Below are positions 36,834 through 47,058 of a stretch of DNA of 64,000 nucleotides, piece by piece. The stretch comes from an uncultured delta proteobacterium (GTDB taxonomy: Bacteria; Desulfobacterota; Desulfuromonadia; Geobacterales; DSM-12255). Where the stretch lies: NCBI GenBank assembly GCA_963787125.1, contig CAWBBV010000014.1, positions 32,001 through 96,000 of the forward strand, read 5' to 3'. Made by a program: the position numbers and the translations under genes. Within the stretch, counting starts at the first letter, position 1; each line of letters begins with the position of its first letter. A model generated the notes under the pieces. It saw nothing but the letters and a program-made list of their open reading frames with translations, did not search any database and was not told the origin of the DNA.

Positions 36834-38093
36834 ATGACTCGTCAACTGGGTGTCTGGCTGTTCGGTACACAAATAGGGATATTGTCACAGATTGATGGCC
36901 GCTTGAGCTTTGCCTATTTGAAAGACTGGCTGAATTCAAGTAATGCGATTCCATTATCACAATCACTATCTCTTCAGGCAGAGGCGTTTGACGATCGTGC
37001 CACCCGCCCTTTTTTTGCAGGGCTTTTGCCTGAAGGAGACCAGCGTAAGTTAATAGCCCAGGCCCTGCACGTTTCGCGGCAGAACGACTTCGCTCTCCTC
37101 GATGGCATTGGTGGAGAATGCGCTGGTGCCGTTACTTTGTTGGTGCCAGGGCAGATGCCACAAGCACCCGATAATTGCGACATCGTACGGTGGTTGGATG
37201 ATGTCGAGCTTTTACGCCTTCTCGATGAAATGCCAAGGCGTCCGATGCTCGCTGGAGAAGAAGGCTTGCGACTGTCTCTGGCGGGTGCACAGGATAAACT
37301 CCCTGTGGTTGCAGCAGGTAATCGTATCGGGTTACCGCTGTTCAACTCTCCCAGTTCGCATATTCTCAAACCAGCGATTGCCGGAGTGGATGGGAGCGTC
37401 TTTAATGAAGGGTTTTGCCTCGCACTGGCAAATGCTCTGAAGCTTGATACCGTCAAGGCGGAGATTCGCCGCATTAATGGCCGCCAGTATCTGCTTGTGG
37501 AACGTTATGACCGGTATGTAACGGCTGAGGGATGCTTACAGCGATTGCACCAAGAGGACTTTTGCCAGGCACTTGCAGTAGCCCCGGAATACAAATACCA
37601 GAACGAAGGCGGCCCGGGGCTATCGCAGGCTTTTGAGCTGTTGCGCCGGGCGACGAGACCTAGTGCACCTCAGATCTTGAAGTTGCTCGACTACGCTATT
37701 TTCAATACCTTGGTCGGTAATCACGATGCCCACGGAAAGAATTTTTCATTGCTCTACACAGCACGGGGAATCGTTTTGGCACCATTTTACGACGTGCTGT
37801 CGACTGCGGTTTACCCTGACCTGACAGACAAGATGGCGATGAAAATAGGCACCAAGTATCGTTTCAGTGAAGTACAGTTGAGGCATTGGGAGCGTTTTGC
37901 CGTCGAAGCAGGTCTATCACCTGCACAGGTTAAAAAACGCATTATTGATGTCGCTCAGCGATTGCCTGCCCTTGCAGCTAAAACAGTCGCACTTTTTGAG
38001 GCAGAAGGGAATAGTCACACCATCCTGACCCAAATCATGACGTTGATTGAACATCGCTGCGCGTTGACTATCCGCTGTCTGACACCGGAGTAA
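36834..38093 (+). CDS. hipA: HipA family kinase toxin (module 3)
   Basis: FFAGLLPEG, SLAGAQDK, LHQEDFCQ, NHDAHGKN, LAPFYD. Confidence 0.95.
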   Translation: MTRQLGVWLFGTQIGILSQIDGRLSFAYLKDWLNSSNAIPLSQSLSLQAEAFDDRATRPFFAGLLPEGDQRKLIAQALHVSRQNDFALLDGIGGECAGAVTLLVPGQMPQAPDNCDIVRWLDDVELLRLLDEMPRRPMLAGEEGLRLSLAGAQDKLPVVAAGNRIGLPLFNSPSSHILKPAIAGVDGSVFNEGFCLALANALKLDTVKAEIRRINGRQYLLVERYDRYVTAEGCLQRLHQEDFCQALAVAPEYKYQNEGGPGLSQAFELLRRATRPSAPQILKLLDYAIFNTLVGNHDAHGKNFSLLYTARGIVLAPFYDVLSTAVYPDLTDKMAMKIGTKYRFSEVQLRHWERFAVEAGLSPAQVKKRIIDVAQRLPALAAKTVALFEAEGNSHTILTQIMTLIEHRCALTIRCLTPE

Positions 38094-38216
38094 AGAATAA
38101 TTTTGAAGACCTTCTCTTCCAAGTCCTTAAATCCGTATAATCGTCCTTGGAAATCCGCTGCGTCTGATCAAACCCGCCAGTGATTCTTGCCACATACTGC
38201 CACTGCTCTTGGCGGT

Positions 38217-38270
38217 AGATTACCCGCCATGCTGGCGGACTGCCTACCCGATGATTTTGGAAACAGCTTG
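38217..38270 (+). pseudogene. 54-bp scrap of a hipA paralog of module 2
   Basis: Encodes RLPAMLADCLPDDFGNSL as at 6428-6481; 47/51 nt identical over 38220-38270. Confidence 0.75.
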
Positions 38271-38620
38271 AACTGGCTGATGTCATCTGGCAGGTGGGCA
38301 ATGATCTGTTCACGGCCTTTGAAGACACTGAGTGCTGGCTGAAAAACAAAGGGTTTGTGGTAGGAAGCTGTTGGTTCAAGTCCATGCACAATGTTGACCA
38401 GGCCATGTTGATTCTTGAGATCTCCAGCTAAACCACGAAGATTCTCAAACCCTTCGTATACTGTTGTCAAAGATCATGTTCTTGCGTAGCGTTCTGCCGC
38501 TTGGTGTTCCAAAGAAAGCATAGTGCTTGTTCTTGGCAACATCAATGCCGACCAGCAGGTATTTTTCCGACCCCCTGACAGTCTCACTAAGCCCTACCAC
38601 CTCACATATCGCAGGGTCGA
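38270..38620 (-). pseudogene. IS110-family transposase N-terminal fragment, frameshifted
   Basis: LVGIDVAKNKH and GLEPTASYH in different frames; no C-terminal domain. Confidence 0.75.
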
Positions 38621-38660
38621 AGTCATGTATTTTCAAGACAAATGAGTGAGTCAAAAACAG

Positions 38661-38715
38661 CTGGGCACAATTTGGGCACAATTTGGGCACAGTATGGGCA
38701 CAGTTTGGGCACAGA
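38661..38715. repeat. Five tandem 11-bp repeats (core TGGGCACA)
   Basis: Cores at 38662, 38673, 38684, 38695, 38706. Confidence 0.95.
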
Positions 38716-38806
38716 AGAAAATTCAGTTTAATTCTGAGGCCTATTAAGAAGGAACACTATAAATACATAGACTTTTTAGACATCGCTAATCTGCTGATAT
38801 CACGAT

Positions 38807-38837
38807 AAAAAAAGGGCCAGATCATCGATCTGGCCCT
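38807..38837 (-). terminator. Intrinsic terminator after tRNA-Gly
   Basis: AGGGCCAGATC / GATCTGGCCCT stem with a minus-strand U-tract. Confidence 0.75.
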
Positions 38838-38847
38838 GAATTCTTTT

Positions 38848-38922
38848 TGGAGCGGGAAACGGGATTCGAACCCGCGACTTCGACCTTGGCAAGGTCGCAC
38901 TCTACCACTGAGTTATTCCCGC
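38848..38922 (-). tRNA. tRNA-Gly(GCC)
   Basis: GCGGGAATAACTCAGTGGTAGAGTGCGACCTTGCCAAGGTCG...GTTCGAATCCCGTTTCCCGCTCCA. Confidence 0.97.
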
Positions 38923-39043
38923 TCAATGGAAAGACGTTTTTATCAAATTAATCACCGGCAGTCAATAATAAAATTAACAATAAACCTATTTTTTCAAAAG
39001 CTGTCCGAATATGCAACTACTAAAGACACTGTCACAACAGCAC

Positions 39044-39787
39044 TCAGTGAGGCGCTGCAGTCTTTTTTGCAAATCCCGGGAACATGAGTCTCAAGGGAGG
39101 CACGAAGCGAATGGGGGCATTGAATGTTCGCTGCGGATAGCTCTGTGGCAGTGGAGGCAGAGGTTCTGCCATTTTCACTGAGTTAAGCAGCGCCTGGTCC
39201 TGTTCCCTGCTGCCGGAACTCTCCAGCAGTTCACAACCGATAACCTTACCGTCACGGGAAATCAGCAGGTTAACAGATGCGGGTGAGACAAACGCCCCTT
39301 TCGCAGCTCCGCCTGTCCACCAGACCTCATTAATCCGCCGCATAAGAGTGAAGTAATAGACTCTGATATCATCCTTGAGGCTTTCACCTTGGGCAAAGCT
39401 GGCAAAATGTCCTGACACCATCCCAAGCCCTATGGCGCTCTCATGAACTGCATCCGGTGACTGCACTGCTTTCTGCAGCGAGTTTTCAATCGCCTTGTCC
39501 AGTTTAGCGGACTCAGGAGCCGGTTCCGGGAGTGGCTCAGGGAGTGGTGGGATCTCAGTCGGCGGCAGCGTTTCGACCAGTTTTTCAGGTATTTCCGCAG
39601 GAGATGCCATGCTTTTCAGATCTACAAACAGTGGTGCTGTTGATGGCAGGGTATAGCGTCCGGGGAGGAGCAGAATAGTTGAGGCAATAATATGAATGAT
39701 GAGGGAAAGCGCGACTGTACAGACAAATATATTGAGAGAGCGCCGTTGTCTCAAGAGCGGAAATGACTGTTCGGTTTGAATGTTCAT
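39044..39787 (-). CDS. TonB/TolA C-terminal domain protein
   Basis: N-terminal TM with His, Pro-rich linker, ESSGSREQDQA. Confidence 0.8.
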   Translation of the reverse strand: MNIQTEQSFPLLRQRRSLNIFVCTVALSLIIHIIASTILLLPGRYTLPSTAPLFVDLKSMASPAEIPEKLVETLPPTEIPPLPEPLPEPAPESAKLDKAIENSLQKAVQSPDAVHESAIGLGMVSGHFASFAQGESLKDDIRVYYFTLMRRINEVWWTGGAAKGAFVSPASVNLLISRDGKVIGCELLESSGSREQDQALLNSVKMAEPLPPLPQSYPQRTFNAPIRFVPPLRLMFPGFAKKTAAPH

Positions 39788-41523
39788 TCCATCTCTGCCA
39801 GAATATTTCTATTTTTGAAAGTTCCGTTTTCATCCAATCCGCGGATCCGGTAATATTTCTGCAACTCCTGCAAAAACCTGCCCTTATCAAGCGGGGGAAC
39901 ATCTATCCCCTCCCCGCTTGAACCTGGCTCACTAAAAAATCTGTCGGGCAGCATGTCACTGGAGGAGTCGAAACCATTCTCACAGTTATAAAATCGCTCG
40001 GTCAGGTAGATATTTCTACCGATCTCCTTCAAGGATTGTGGAGTGTATTCAACCCCGGTGGCAGCGGTCAACAGTTCGGCATACTCTTCCAGGGTCGCGC
40101 CAAAAAAAGAGAATTTGCAGGCGACCAGAGAGTCGATGGCTGCGTTAGATTCCTCGGCAAGTGCTATAATCCGTGCCTTGCCGTCAAAGGAAAATCTGTC
40201 TGTGGCCACCGGTTTGCGGAGAATTTCGTGTGAAATCGGGTAGGCCCGCAAATGACAGCCGCCGCGATTACTGGTGCAGTAGGCAAGCGCCATGCCGTAG
40301 GCCCCTCGAGGGTCGTAAGCCGGCAGTTCTAAACTCTTAACGGACATAGAGAGTTCAGCTTTACCAAGTTGTTCACCATAGCGACGTGACCCCAGGGCAA
40401 GCAGTTCACCTTCCCCTGTTTTGTGGGCTATATCCTGGAGGAGCTGAGTCACTTCCGCCGCAGTCGGAAATCTCCCCCGTACCTCACCATAAGCGGCGAG
40501 AGTCGCAGCTGCCGAGATCGTATCCATGCCGAGCTGATTGCAGAGAGTATTGGCTTTGACGATTGCAACCAGTGAAGAGATACCGTTCAGGGCGCCGAAG
40601 TGGGACACCGACTCATATTCCGGGAGGGGCTCCCCTTCGGGAGTGCTCTTCTTGCACTGAATCGGGCAGCCGTAGCAGCCGTCACTTTTGGCAGCACAAT
40701 CGCGGCGGATAGCAACGCCTGAATAGCTGCCCGAGTCTTCAAAGACTGTTTTGCTGAAATTCTCCGTGGGAGCCATTCTTCTTTGCCGCATCAGATCGAC
40801 GAGTGCCGGCGTACCGTACTCTGCCAGGCCTAGCTCACCGAAGATAACCGGTGACGCCCGGAAAAGCCGCATAACATCAGCTCTGGCACTGTCAAAGCGT
40901 TGTTGGTCGGCAACTGGCGTCTTGTGCGTGCCGTTGACAACGATCGCTTTGAGCCGCTTCCACCCCATGACTGCACCCAGTCCGCCACGGCCGACCGAGT
41001 TCCCCTCCCCCATCATGATATTGGCAAAAAGGACGCCATTCTCACCGGCTGGACCAATGGCTGCGACACTGCCGGAGCTGTTCAGCGCATCGACTGTCTC
41101 TTTGACAGCTTTGCCCCAGAGCTGCTGAGCCGGGACCAGGGCAACTTTTTCATCATTGATAAGAAGAGTGACAGGGGCCTTACTTTGGCCGGTGATAAAG
41201 AGAGCATCCAGACCGGCGGATTTAAGCCGCCAGGCAAACTTCCCTCCGGCAGAGCAGTCATAGATTGTACCGGTAAGGGGAGAGCGGGAGACAACCGCCA
41301 GACGGGCAGCTGTGGGAGCAGAGGTTCCGCAGAGAGGACCGACAGCAAAGATCAACGGCAGGTCAGGACTATCTGCCGGCAGCTGATAATAATCACGCAT
41401 CAGACGGACGCCCAGGCCCCTGCCACCCAGATAAGCATGGAGGAGCTCCGGCGGAAGTTCATCACGCGTGATAGTGCCGCTTGAGAGGTCAACCTTGAGA
41501 ATTTTTCCGGTCCAGCCGTACAT
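39784..41523 (-). CDS. Aldehyde:ferredoxin oxidoreductase family protein
   Basis: MYGWTGKILKVDL, YLGGRGLG, CYGCPIQC, PEYES, GMDTIS, RGGCH. Confidence 0.93.
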   Translation of the reverse strand: MYGWTGKILKVDLSSGTITRDELPPELLHAYLGGRGLGVRLMRDYYQLPADSPDLPLIFAVGPLCGTSAPTAARLAVVSRSPLTGTIYDCSAGGKFAWRLKSAGLDALFITGQSKAPVTLLINDEKVALVPAQQLWGKAVKETVDALNSSGSVAAIGPAGENGVLFANIMMGEGNSVGRGGLGAVMGWKRLKAIVVNGTHKTPVADQQRFDSARADVMRLFRASPVIFGELGLAEYGTPALVDLMRQRRMAPTENFSKTVFEDSGSYSGVAIRRDCAAKSDGCYGCPIQCKKSTPEGEPLPEYESVSHFGALNGISSLVAIVKANTLCNQLGMDTISAAATLAAYGEVRGRFPTAAEVTQLLQDIAHKTGEGELLALGSRRYGEQLGKAELSMSVKSLELPAYDPRGAYGMALAYCTSNRGGCHLRAYPISHEILRKPVATDRFSFDGKARIIALAEESNAAIDSLVACKFSFFGATLEEYAELLTAATGVEYTPQSLKEIGRNIYLTERFYNCENGFDSSSDMLPDRFFSEPGSSGEGIDVPPLDKGRFLQELQKYYRIRGLDENGTFKNRNILAEME

Positions 41524-41526
41524 GCG

Positions 41527-42603
41527 CTAGAGATACTCCTTAAGGCCGGACTGCTGGAGGGTCTCGACAACTTTTTTTACATCCTGGGCGCGATCCTGAC
41601 GGCAGACAAGAATTGCATCCGGAGTATCGACTACTATGAGATTATCGACTCCTATCAGAGCTGCCATCTTGCCGCTACCATAAACAAGCGAGTTGGTTGA
41701 ATCGATGGAGATCAATCCGGCTGTGGCAATGGCCACATTGCCATCACTATCAGCTTCGATAACTTCCGGCAGAGCGCTCCAGCTGCCCACATCGCTCCAA
41801 CCGAAACTGGCAGGGAGAACTTTGACTGAGGCAGCTCGCTCCATGACACCATAGTCTATGGATTCGCCTTTGATCGCCGCGTAGAGGGCATCAATCTGCG
41901 GCTGCAATGAACAGATATCCCAGGCGCCTTCGGGAAATGAGAGTTTATCGACTGCATTGCTCAGTTCGGGCATCTGCGCTGCAAGTTCAGTCCGTATCGC
42001 AGCAATACTCCAGACAAACATCCCGCTGTTCCAGTAAAAATTGCCCGCTTCAAGAAAAGTGAGCGTCCGTGCAGCATCCGGCTTTTCAACAAATCTTTTT
42101 ACCGTTGCTGCAGCAGACGCAGAATCTGAGTCTGCTGCCTCAATATACCCGTAACCTGTTTCCGGACGTGTCGGTTCGATGCCAAGGGTCACAAGAGCTC
42201 CAGACCTTGACACTTCAACTGCTGCTTTAACAATCCGGCAGAACTCAGCTTCATTTCTGATGTAATGATCGGCAGGAAGAACTACCATTGTCCCCTGCGG
42301 ATCATTATAGCCGATAATCTGAGCGGCCAGAGCAATGGCCGGCGCAGTATTTCTGCCAACCGGTTCAGCGACGATGTCAATCGGCACAGAGCTATAGCCT
42401 GCAACCTGGCGAGCTGTCTCTTCGGCCTGGTGTATATTGGTAACAATCATAATCCGCTTGGGCTGCAAGGGTAAAACCCTTTCCACCGTCCTCTGCAACA
42501 TCGACTTGCCGCCGAAAACAGACATGAGCTGTTTCGGTGTTTTTGTCCTGGAAAGCGGCCAGAAACGGGTACCCGACCCCCCGGCCATGATGACAACGTA
42601 CAT
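41527..42603 (-). CDS. manC: Mannose-1-phosphate guanylyltransferase
   Basis: AGGSGTRFWPLSR, EPVGRNTAPA, FVEKP, WSDVGSW. Confidence 0.92.
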   Translation of the reverse strand: MYVVIMAGGSGTRFWPLSRTKTPKQLMSVFGGKSMLQRTVERVLPLQPKRIMIVTNIHQAEETARQVAGYSSVPIDIVAEPVGRNTAPAIALAAQIIGYNDPQGTMVVLPADHYIRNEAEFCRIVKAAVEVSRSGALVTLGIEPTRPETGYGYIEAADSDSASAAATVKRFVEKPDAARTLTFLEAGNFYWNSGMFVWSIAAIRTELAAQMPELSNAVDKLSFPEGAWDICSLQPQIDALYAAIKGESIDYGVMERAASVKVLPASFGWSDVGSWSALPEVIEADSDGNVAIATAGLISIDSTNSLVYGSGKMAALIGVDNLIVVDTPDAILVCRQDRAQDVKKVVETLQQSGLKEYL

Positions 42604-42612
42604 ATTCGACTC

Positions 42613-43950
42613 CTATTCGCCGCTTATATCTAGTGAACTGAACTTTAGTGAAGGTGAACCTACGGAACTGAAAAACCGGAGATCATCCCCAACCAATTCA
42701 ACATTTTTGAAGAGATCAATAACATTACCGGAGATCGCCACACCTTTGACAGGAATAGTGAGCTGACCGTTTTCGATTAAAAACCCGGTAGCGCCGACGG
42801 AAAAATCGCCGGACACCGGATTGGCGGTATGCATACCGATAACTGAAGTAACAAACATCCCTCTTGAAATGCCGGACAAAAGAGAAGCGCGGGAGGCATC
42901 GCCATTTTCAATAAAGAAATTGCTTATGCCCAGATGGGGCAGTCCTTTGACGCCAGAACGGCAGGAGTTGCCGGTTGAGGTCGCACCCATCCTGGCCGCA
43001 TAGCCATAGTCATAAAGAAAGCCTTTCACAACCCCTCTGTCCACCAGGAGAGTATCCTGACAGGCAACCCCCTCACCATCAAAGGGTGCGGTTGCCATAG
43101 CGCCCGCCAACTTGCCGTTATCCCTGATGCAGAGCTGCTCTGCGAAAATGCTCTCGCCCGCCCGCCCCTTCAGGAGCGATTTCCCTTTGAAAAGATTCTC
43201 GGCGCTGAACGAGGGGGCAAGCAGTTCGAGAAAGTCGGCAGCGACACGACCTTCGAAGACGGCCGGGCATTTCATGCCGGGAATCTTGCGGGCGCCAAGT
43301 TGCGCAACAGCTCTGGAAACCGCACCACCGGCAATTTTAGCAATATCTATCGCCGCATAACCTGTGGAGAAACCAAAATCCCACCCCAGCTGAGAATCAC
43401 TGTCAAGTTCGGCAACTGCGGCAACGGAACTTGAGACCGAGGTTCCCGAGTAGCCGCCATAAAGCGAGGCTGAGTTTCTGAGATGCACAGAATAAATTGA
43501 CTCGCCGTAGGATGCCTTGCGGACCCGCTTGATACGGTCATCTGCGGCCAATGTTAACCGCTCCAGCTCAAGAGCCCTGGCAACCTTATCAGTGACGGCA
43601 ACCCTTGCAACATCCGGGTCGAAAATTTCAGGCATCTCCTGGTAGGCCGAAGCCCGGGGGAGCAGATTAAATTGATCCGGCGTCTGCATCATGGCGCCGA
43701 TACAGGCGGATTCAATCATCCGTTCCAGATCGGTGTCAGCAAAGCTTGACGAGTAGGAAAAACCCATCCCCTGCTCTTGCTGAATACGGATACTGACCCC
43801 TACCGGTTCAGCTGACTTAAAGGTATCTATTTTCCCATCTCTGGCTTCAATGGAAAGAGTACGAGAGTGACCTGTCATGATCTCATAGCCGGTAAAGCTG
43901 CGCTTTTCAAGGAGTCGTTCTACCCTGTCGGCAAGTTCGATAATATTCAC
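42613..43950 (-). CDS. pmbA: TldD/PmbA family protein
   Basis: PFDGEG, NPVSGDFS, GSPSL. Confidence 0.85.
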   Translation of the reverse strand: MNIIELADRVERLLEKRSFTGYEIMTGHSRTLSIEARDGKIDTFKSAEPVGVSIRIQQEQGMGFSYSSSFADTDLERMIESACIGAMMQTPDQFNLLPRASAYQEMPEIFDPDVARVAVTDKVARALELERLTLAADDRIKRVRKASYGESIYSVHLRNSASLYGGYSGTSVSSSVAAVAELDSDSQLGWDFGFSTGYAAIDIAKIAGGAVSRAVAQLGARKIPGMKCPAVFEGRVAADFLELLAPSFSAENLFKGKSLLKGRAGESIFAEQLCIRDNGKLAGAMATAPFDGEGVACQDTLLVDRGVVKGFLYDYGYAARMGATSTGNSCRSGVKGLPHLGISNFFIENGDASRASLLSGISRGMFVTSVIGMHTANPVSGDFSVGATGFLIENGQLTIPVKGVAISGNVIDLFKNVELVGDDLRFFSSVGSPSLKFSSLDISGE

Positions 43951-44411
43951 TCTGTCACCTGGGGAAGGTCCATGATCATGGCTATTTCATCGCAATCAGG
44001 GAATTTTACGCACTTGATGCAGTCGCCCCAAACCTTGTGAGGCAGTTGTGATTTATCAACAACTCTGAAACCGAAACGGGCAAAGAAATCAGGTTTATAG
44101 GTAAGACAGAAAAGCCTCTTCAGTCCGAGTTCATTTGCTTCGGCTATGCAGGCATTGACAACTTCTGTCCCGACACCCTTGCGGCCTGTGTCCTCGGTTA
44201 CAGCAACGGAGCGTATCTCCGCCAGGTCATCCCAGACAATATGCAGTGCGGCAATGCCGAGAATCCGACCATCATCTTCAACTATATAGAAATCCCGAAT
44301 TGCCTCATAAAGCTCTGACAGGGATCGTGACAGCATATCGCCCCGGTTTGCATAATGCATCAGGAGCTTTTGAATCTCTTTGACATCGTTTATCTGCGCT
44401 TTACGGAGCAT
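43947..44411 (-). CDS. GNAT acetyltransferase (short ArgA-like)
   Basis: LAEIRSVAV, LPHKVWGDC..C..FPDCDE. Confidence 0.85.
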   Translation of the reverse strand: MLRKAQINDVKEIQKLLMHYANRGDMLSRSLSELYEAIRDFYIVEDDGRILGIAALHIVWDDLAEIRSVAVTEDTGRKGVGTEVVNACIAEANELGLKRLFCLTYKPDFFARFGFRVVDKSQLPHKVWGDCIKCVKFPDCDEIAMIMDLPQVTE

Positions 44412-44441
44412 CGGTTGAACTCTCCCTGGACTGGAAATTTT

Positions 44442-46106
44442 TCAGCAAGACTTTGCCGCTTCAATCATCTCTGCCGCATGTTCGCGGCTTTTACCGGTCA
44501 CCGTTATCCCGCCAAGCATACGGGCGATCTCGTCAACCTGCTCTTGAGGAGAAAGCAGCATCAGGGATGTATGAGTGCGGCCAGCTTCAATATTCTTGGC
44601 AACGAGATAGTGGTGCGTCGCATGGACTGCAACCTGCGGCAGATGAGTGATACAGAGCACCTGCTGTCGGGATGCCACCATTTTCAGCTTCTTGCCGACC
44701 ATAGATGAAGTCGCACCGCCTATACCGGTATCGACCTCATCAAACACAAGCGTTGGCACATCACTTTCAGGATGGAGTTGCTTCAGTGCCAGCATGATCC
44801 GTGACAGTTCACCGCCTGAAGCAATCTTGGCGAGAGGTTTTGGCTCCTCGCCGGGATTAGGTGAAAAAAGGAACTCTACCTTTTCAAAACCCGACTCCCG
44901 CGGCTCCAACAGAGTCTCGATCCGGAGTGAAAAGGCGGCATGCTTCATTGCCAACTGATGAACCTCAGCCTCAAGTGCCTTGCGCAGCCGTGGAGCAGCG
45001 GCGATCCGCCCGGCAGTGAGCTCGTCCCCTTTTTGTTTCATGAGCTCCTGCAACCGCTGAGACTCTGCATCAAGTTCCCCGCGCGCAAGATCAATATTGG
45101 ACAGGCTCAGTAGTTCAGTCTCAATGGCTTCACAGGTAGCGAGTACAGCTTCAATTGTTTCACCATACTTTTTCTTTAGCGACCGTATAACCTCAAGCCT
45201 GTCCAGAATAGCCTGAAGCCTGAGTGGATCACTCTCCAGCCTGGAAGCATAATCACGTAAAGAGAGCGCCGTATCCTCAAGTTGGATAAACGCCGATGAG
45301 ACAGATTCTGCCAGCGACTGGAGAGCGTTGTCGATCAGTGCGGCATCGGTTACGGCTGCCCGAACCTCACCCAAAGCACCCAAAGCCGACTCTTCGGCTC
45401 CATAGAGAAGGTCGTAGGCTGTCTGCGTCTTCAGGATCAGTTTTTCAGAGTGCAGAAGCAGATTACGCTCACGTTCCAGTGTTTCATCTTCACCGGGTAA
45501 AAGAGCAGCTTTGCGGATTTCGTCAAACTGATAAGCAAGGATATCTTTTTGCCGCGCCGCATCACGGGCGCCGCTTTCCAGGACAGCAATTCTCTCCCTG
45601 ACAGTCCGGTATGCACGGTAGTGGGAGTAAAATTCCCGTTTCACACTGTTCAGCAAGGCGTAACTGTCCAGCATTTCAAGATGATTCTCGACCTTGAGCA
45701 GACTCTGGGATTCATGTTGCCCATAGATGTTGATAAGTTTGCAGGCAATTTCTGCAAGAGTTGCAAGGGTAGCCAGTGAGCCGTTGATGAATATTCTATT
45801 CTTGCCGGAGCGGGAAATAATCCGTTTGAGAAGAAGTTCATCGGCAGCAGCGATCCCTTTTTCAGCCAGAGCTTCGATTATGGCCGTTTCACCTGAAACA
45901 TCAAACATTGCTTCAACAGAGGCATCATCAGCGCCGGAGCGGATCAGGTCGACTGAACCGCGACCACCGAGAACAAGGTTGACCGCATCGATAATGATGG
46001 ACTTGCCGGCGCCGGTCTCCCCGGTGAGAATGTTCAACCCCCTGCCAAAGGAGATATGGAGGGAATCTATGATCGCAAAATTATTTATGGAAATATCAGT
46101 AAGCAT
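44442..46106 (-). CDS. recN: DNA repair protein RecN
   Basis: GETGAGKS, ASGGELSR, FDEVDTGIGG, ITHLPQVA. Confidence 0.96.
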   Translation of the reverse strand: MLTDISINNFAIIDSLHISFGRGLNILTGETGAGKSIIIDAVNLVLGGRGSVDLIRSGADDASVEAMFDVSGETAIIEALAEKGIAAADELLLKRIISRSGKNRIFINGSLATLATLAEIACKLINIYGQHESQSLLKVENHLEMLDSYALLNSVKREFYSHYRAYRTVRERIAVLESGARDAARQKDILAYQFDEIRKAALLPGEDETLERERNLLLHSEKLILKTQTAYDLLYGAEESALGALGEVRAAVTDAALIDNALQSLAESVSSAFIQLEDTALSLRDYASRLESDPLRLQAILDRLEVIRSLKKKYGETIEAVLATCEAIETELLSLSNIDLARGELDAESQRLQELMKQKGDELTAGRIAAAPRLRKALEAEVHQLAMKHAAFSLRIETLLEPRESGFEKVEFLFSPNPGEEPKPLAKIASGGELSRIMLALKQLHPESDVPTLVFDEVDTGIGGATSSMVGKKLKMVASRQQVLCITHLPQVAVHATHHYLVAKNIEAGRTHTSLMLLSPQEQVDEIARMLGGITVTGKSREHAAEMIEAAKSC

Positions 46107-46125
46107 TTTTTAGTAGCCAAAGAGA

Positions 46126-46980
46126 CTATCGCTCCCCCCATTTGAGTTTTGTCCGGAGCACAGCAAAGTAGTCACGCTCTTTCGACATGATCAATTTTGC
46201 CGTATGACTTGCCCTGCTGACCCTGATCGTATCACCGGAGCGCAGCTCCAGACCAACCTGACCATCGAGAGTCAGATAGATATCTTCATCATCGAGGGAG
46301 TTCACCGTAACTTCTACATTTGAATCATCATTAATAACCAGCGGTCTGTTTGTCAGGGTATGCGGACATATCGGCGTAATCACAATGCAGTTCATGGAAG
46401 GATTGATTATCGGACCTCCGGCAGAAAGTGAATAACCGGTAGAACCTGTTGGCGTGCTGATGATAAGACCGTCGGCCTTGAAAGTTGTCAGATCGAACGA
46501 GTTTACCTTTGTCTTCAGGTCAACGATCCGGGCAAGCGCCCCCTTATTGATAACAACATCATTGAGCACCAGATGTGAAGCCATCTCCCGGCCGTCTCTC
46601 TCCACCACAGCCCGCAGCATGATACGCTCCGAAACCCGGAAATCGCCGCGCAGGCATTTCTCCAGAGCAGGGTAAAGTTCATCAAGTGCGATTTCAGTCA
46701 AAAAACCAAGGCTGCCTAGATTGACACCCAGTATCGGAATATCGCGCTCACCGATTATCCTGGCGGTGGAGATGAGTGTACCGTCACCACCGAGAACAAC
46801 AACCATTTCAGCACGTGAAGGGATATCCTCGGCGGCAACTCCCGGACAAGGAAGATGTCTGGCGAGATGCGCTTCGATCAAAGGCTCACAGCCGCGCTCA
46901 AGCAGCCAGCTGTAAAGCTCGCCGGCAACACCCTGACAGCGTGGATCGTGCACTTTTGCAAAAACAGCAATTTTTTTCAT
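46126..46980 (-). CDS. nadK: NAD kinase
   Basis: GGDGT, LNDVV, STPTGSTGYSLSAGGP. Confidence 0.96.
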   Translation of the reverse strand: MKKIAVFAKVHDPRCQGVAGELYSWLLERGCEPLIEAHLARHLPCPGVAAEDIPSRAEMVVVLGGDGTLISTARIIGERDIPILGVNLGSLGFLTEIALDELYPALEKCLRGDFRVSERIMLRAVVERDGREMASHLVLNDVVINKGALARIVDLKTKVNSFDLTTFKADGLIISTPTGSTGYSLSAGGPIINPSMNCIVITPICPHTLTNRPLVINDDSNVEVTVNSLDDEDIYLTLDGQVGLELRSGDTIRVSRASHTAKLIMSKERDYFAVLRTKLKWGER

Positions 46981-47058
46981 CCGGGCGGCCCTCTGAAAAA
47001 GGTACAGGCTAAACTACGTTTTTACATCATAGAACCCTCTAAATCCATAGAATTTTGT

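Noticed and set aside
38661..38715. CRISPR array
   Set aside because: The repeats are 11-bp tandem units without unique spacers, and there are no cas genes
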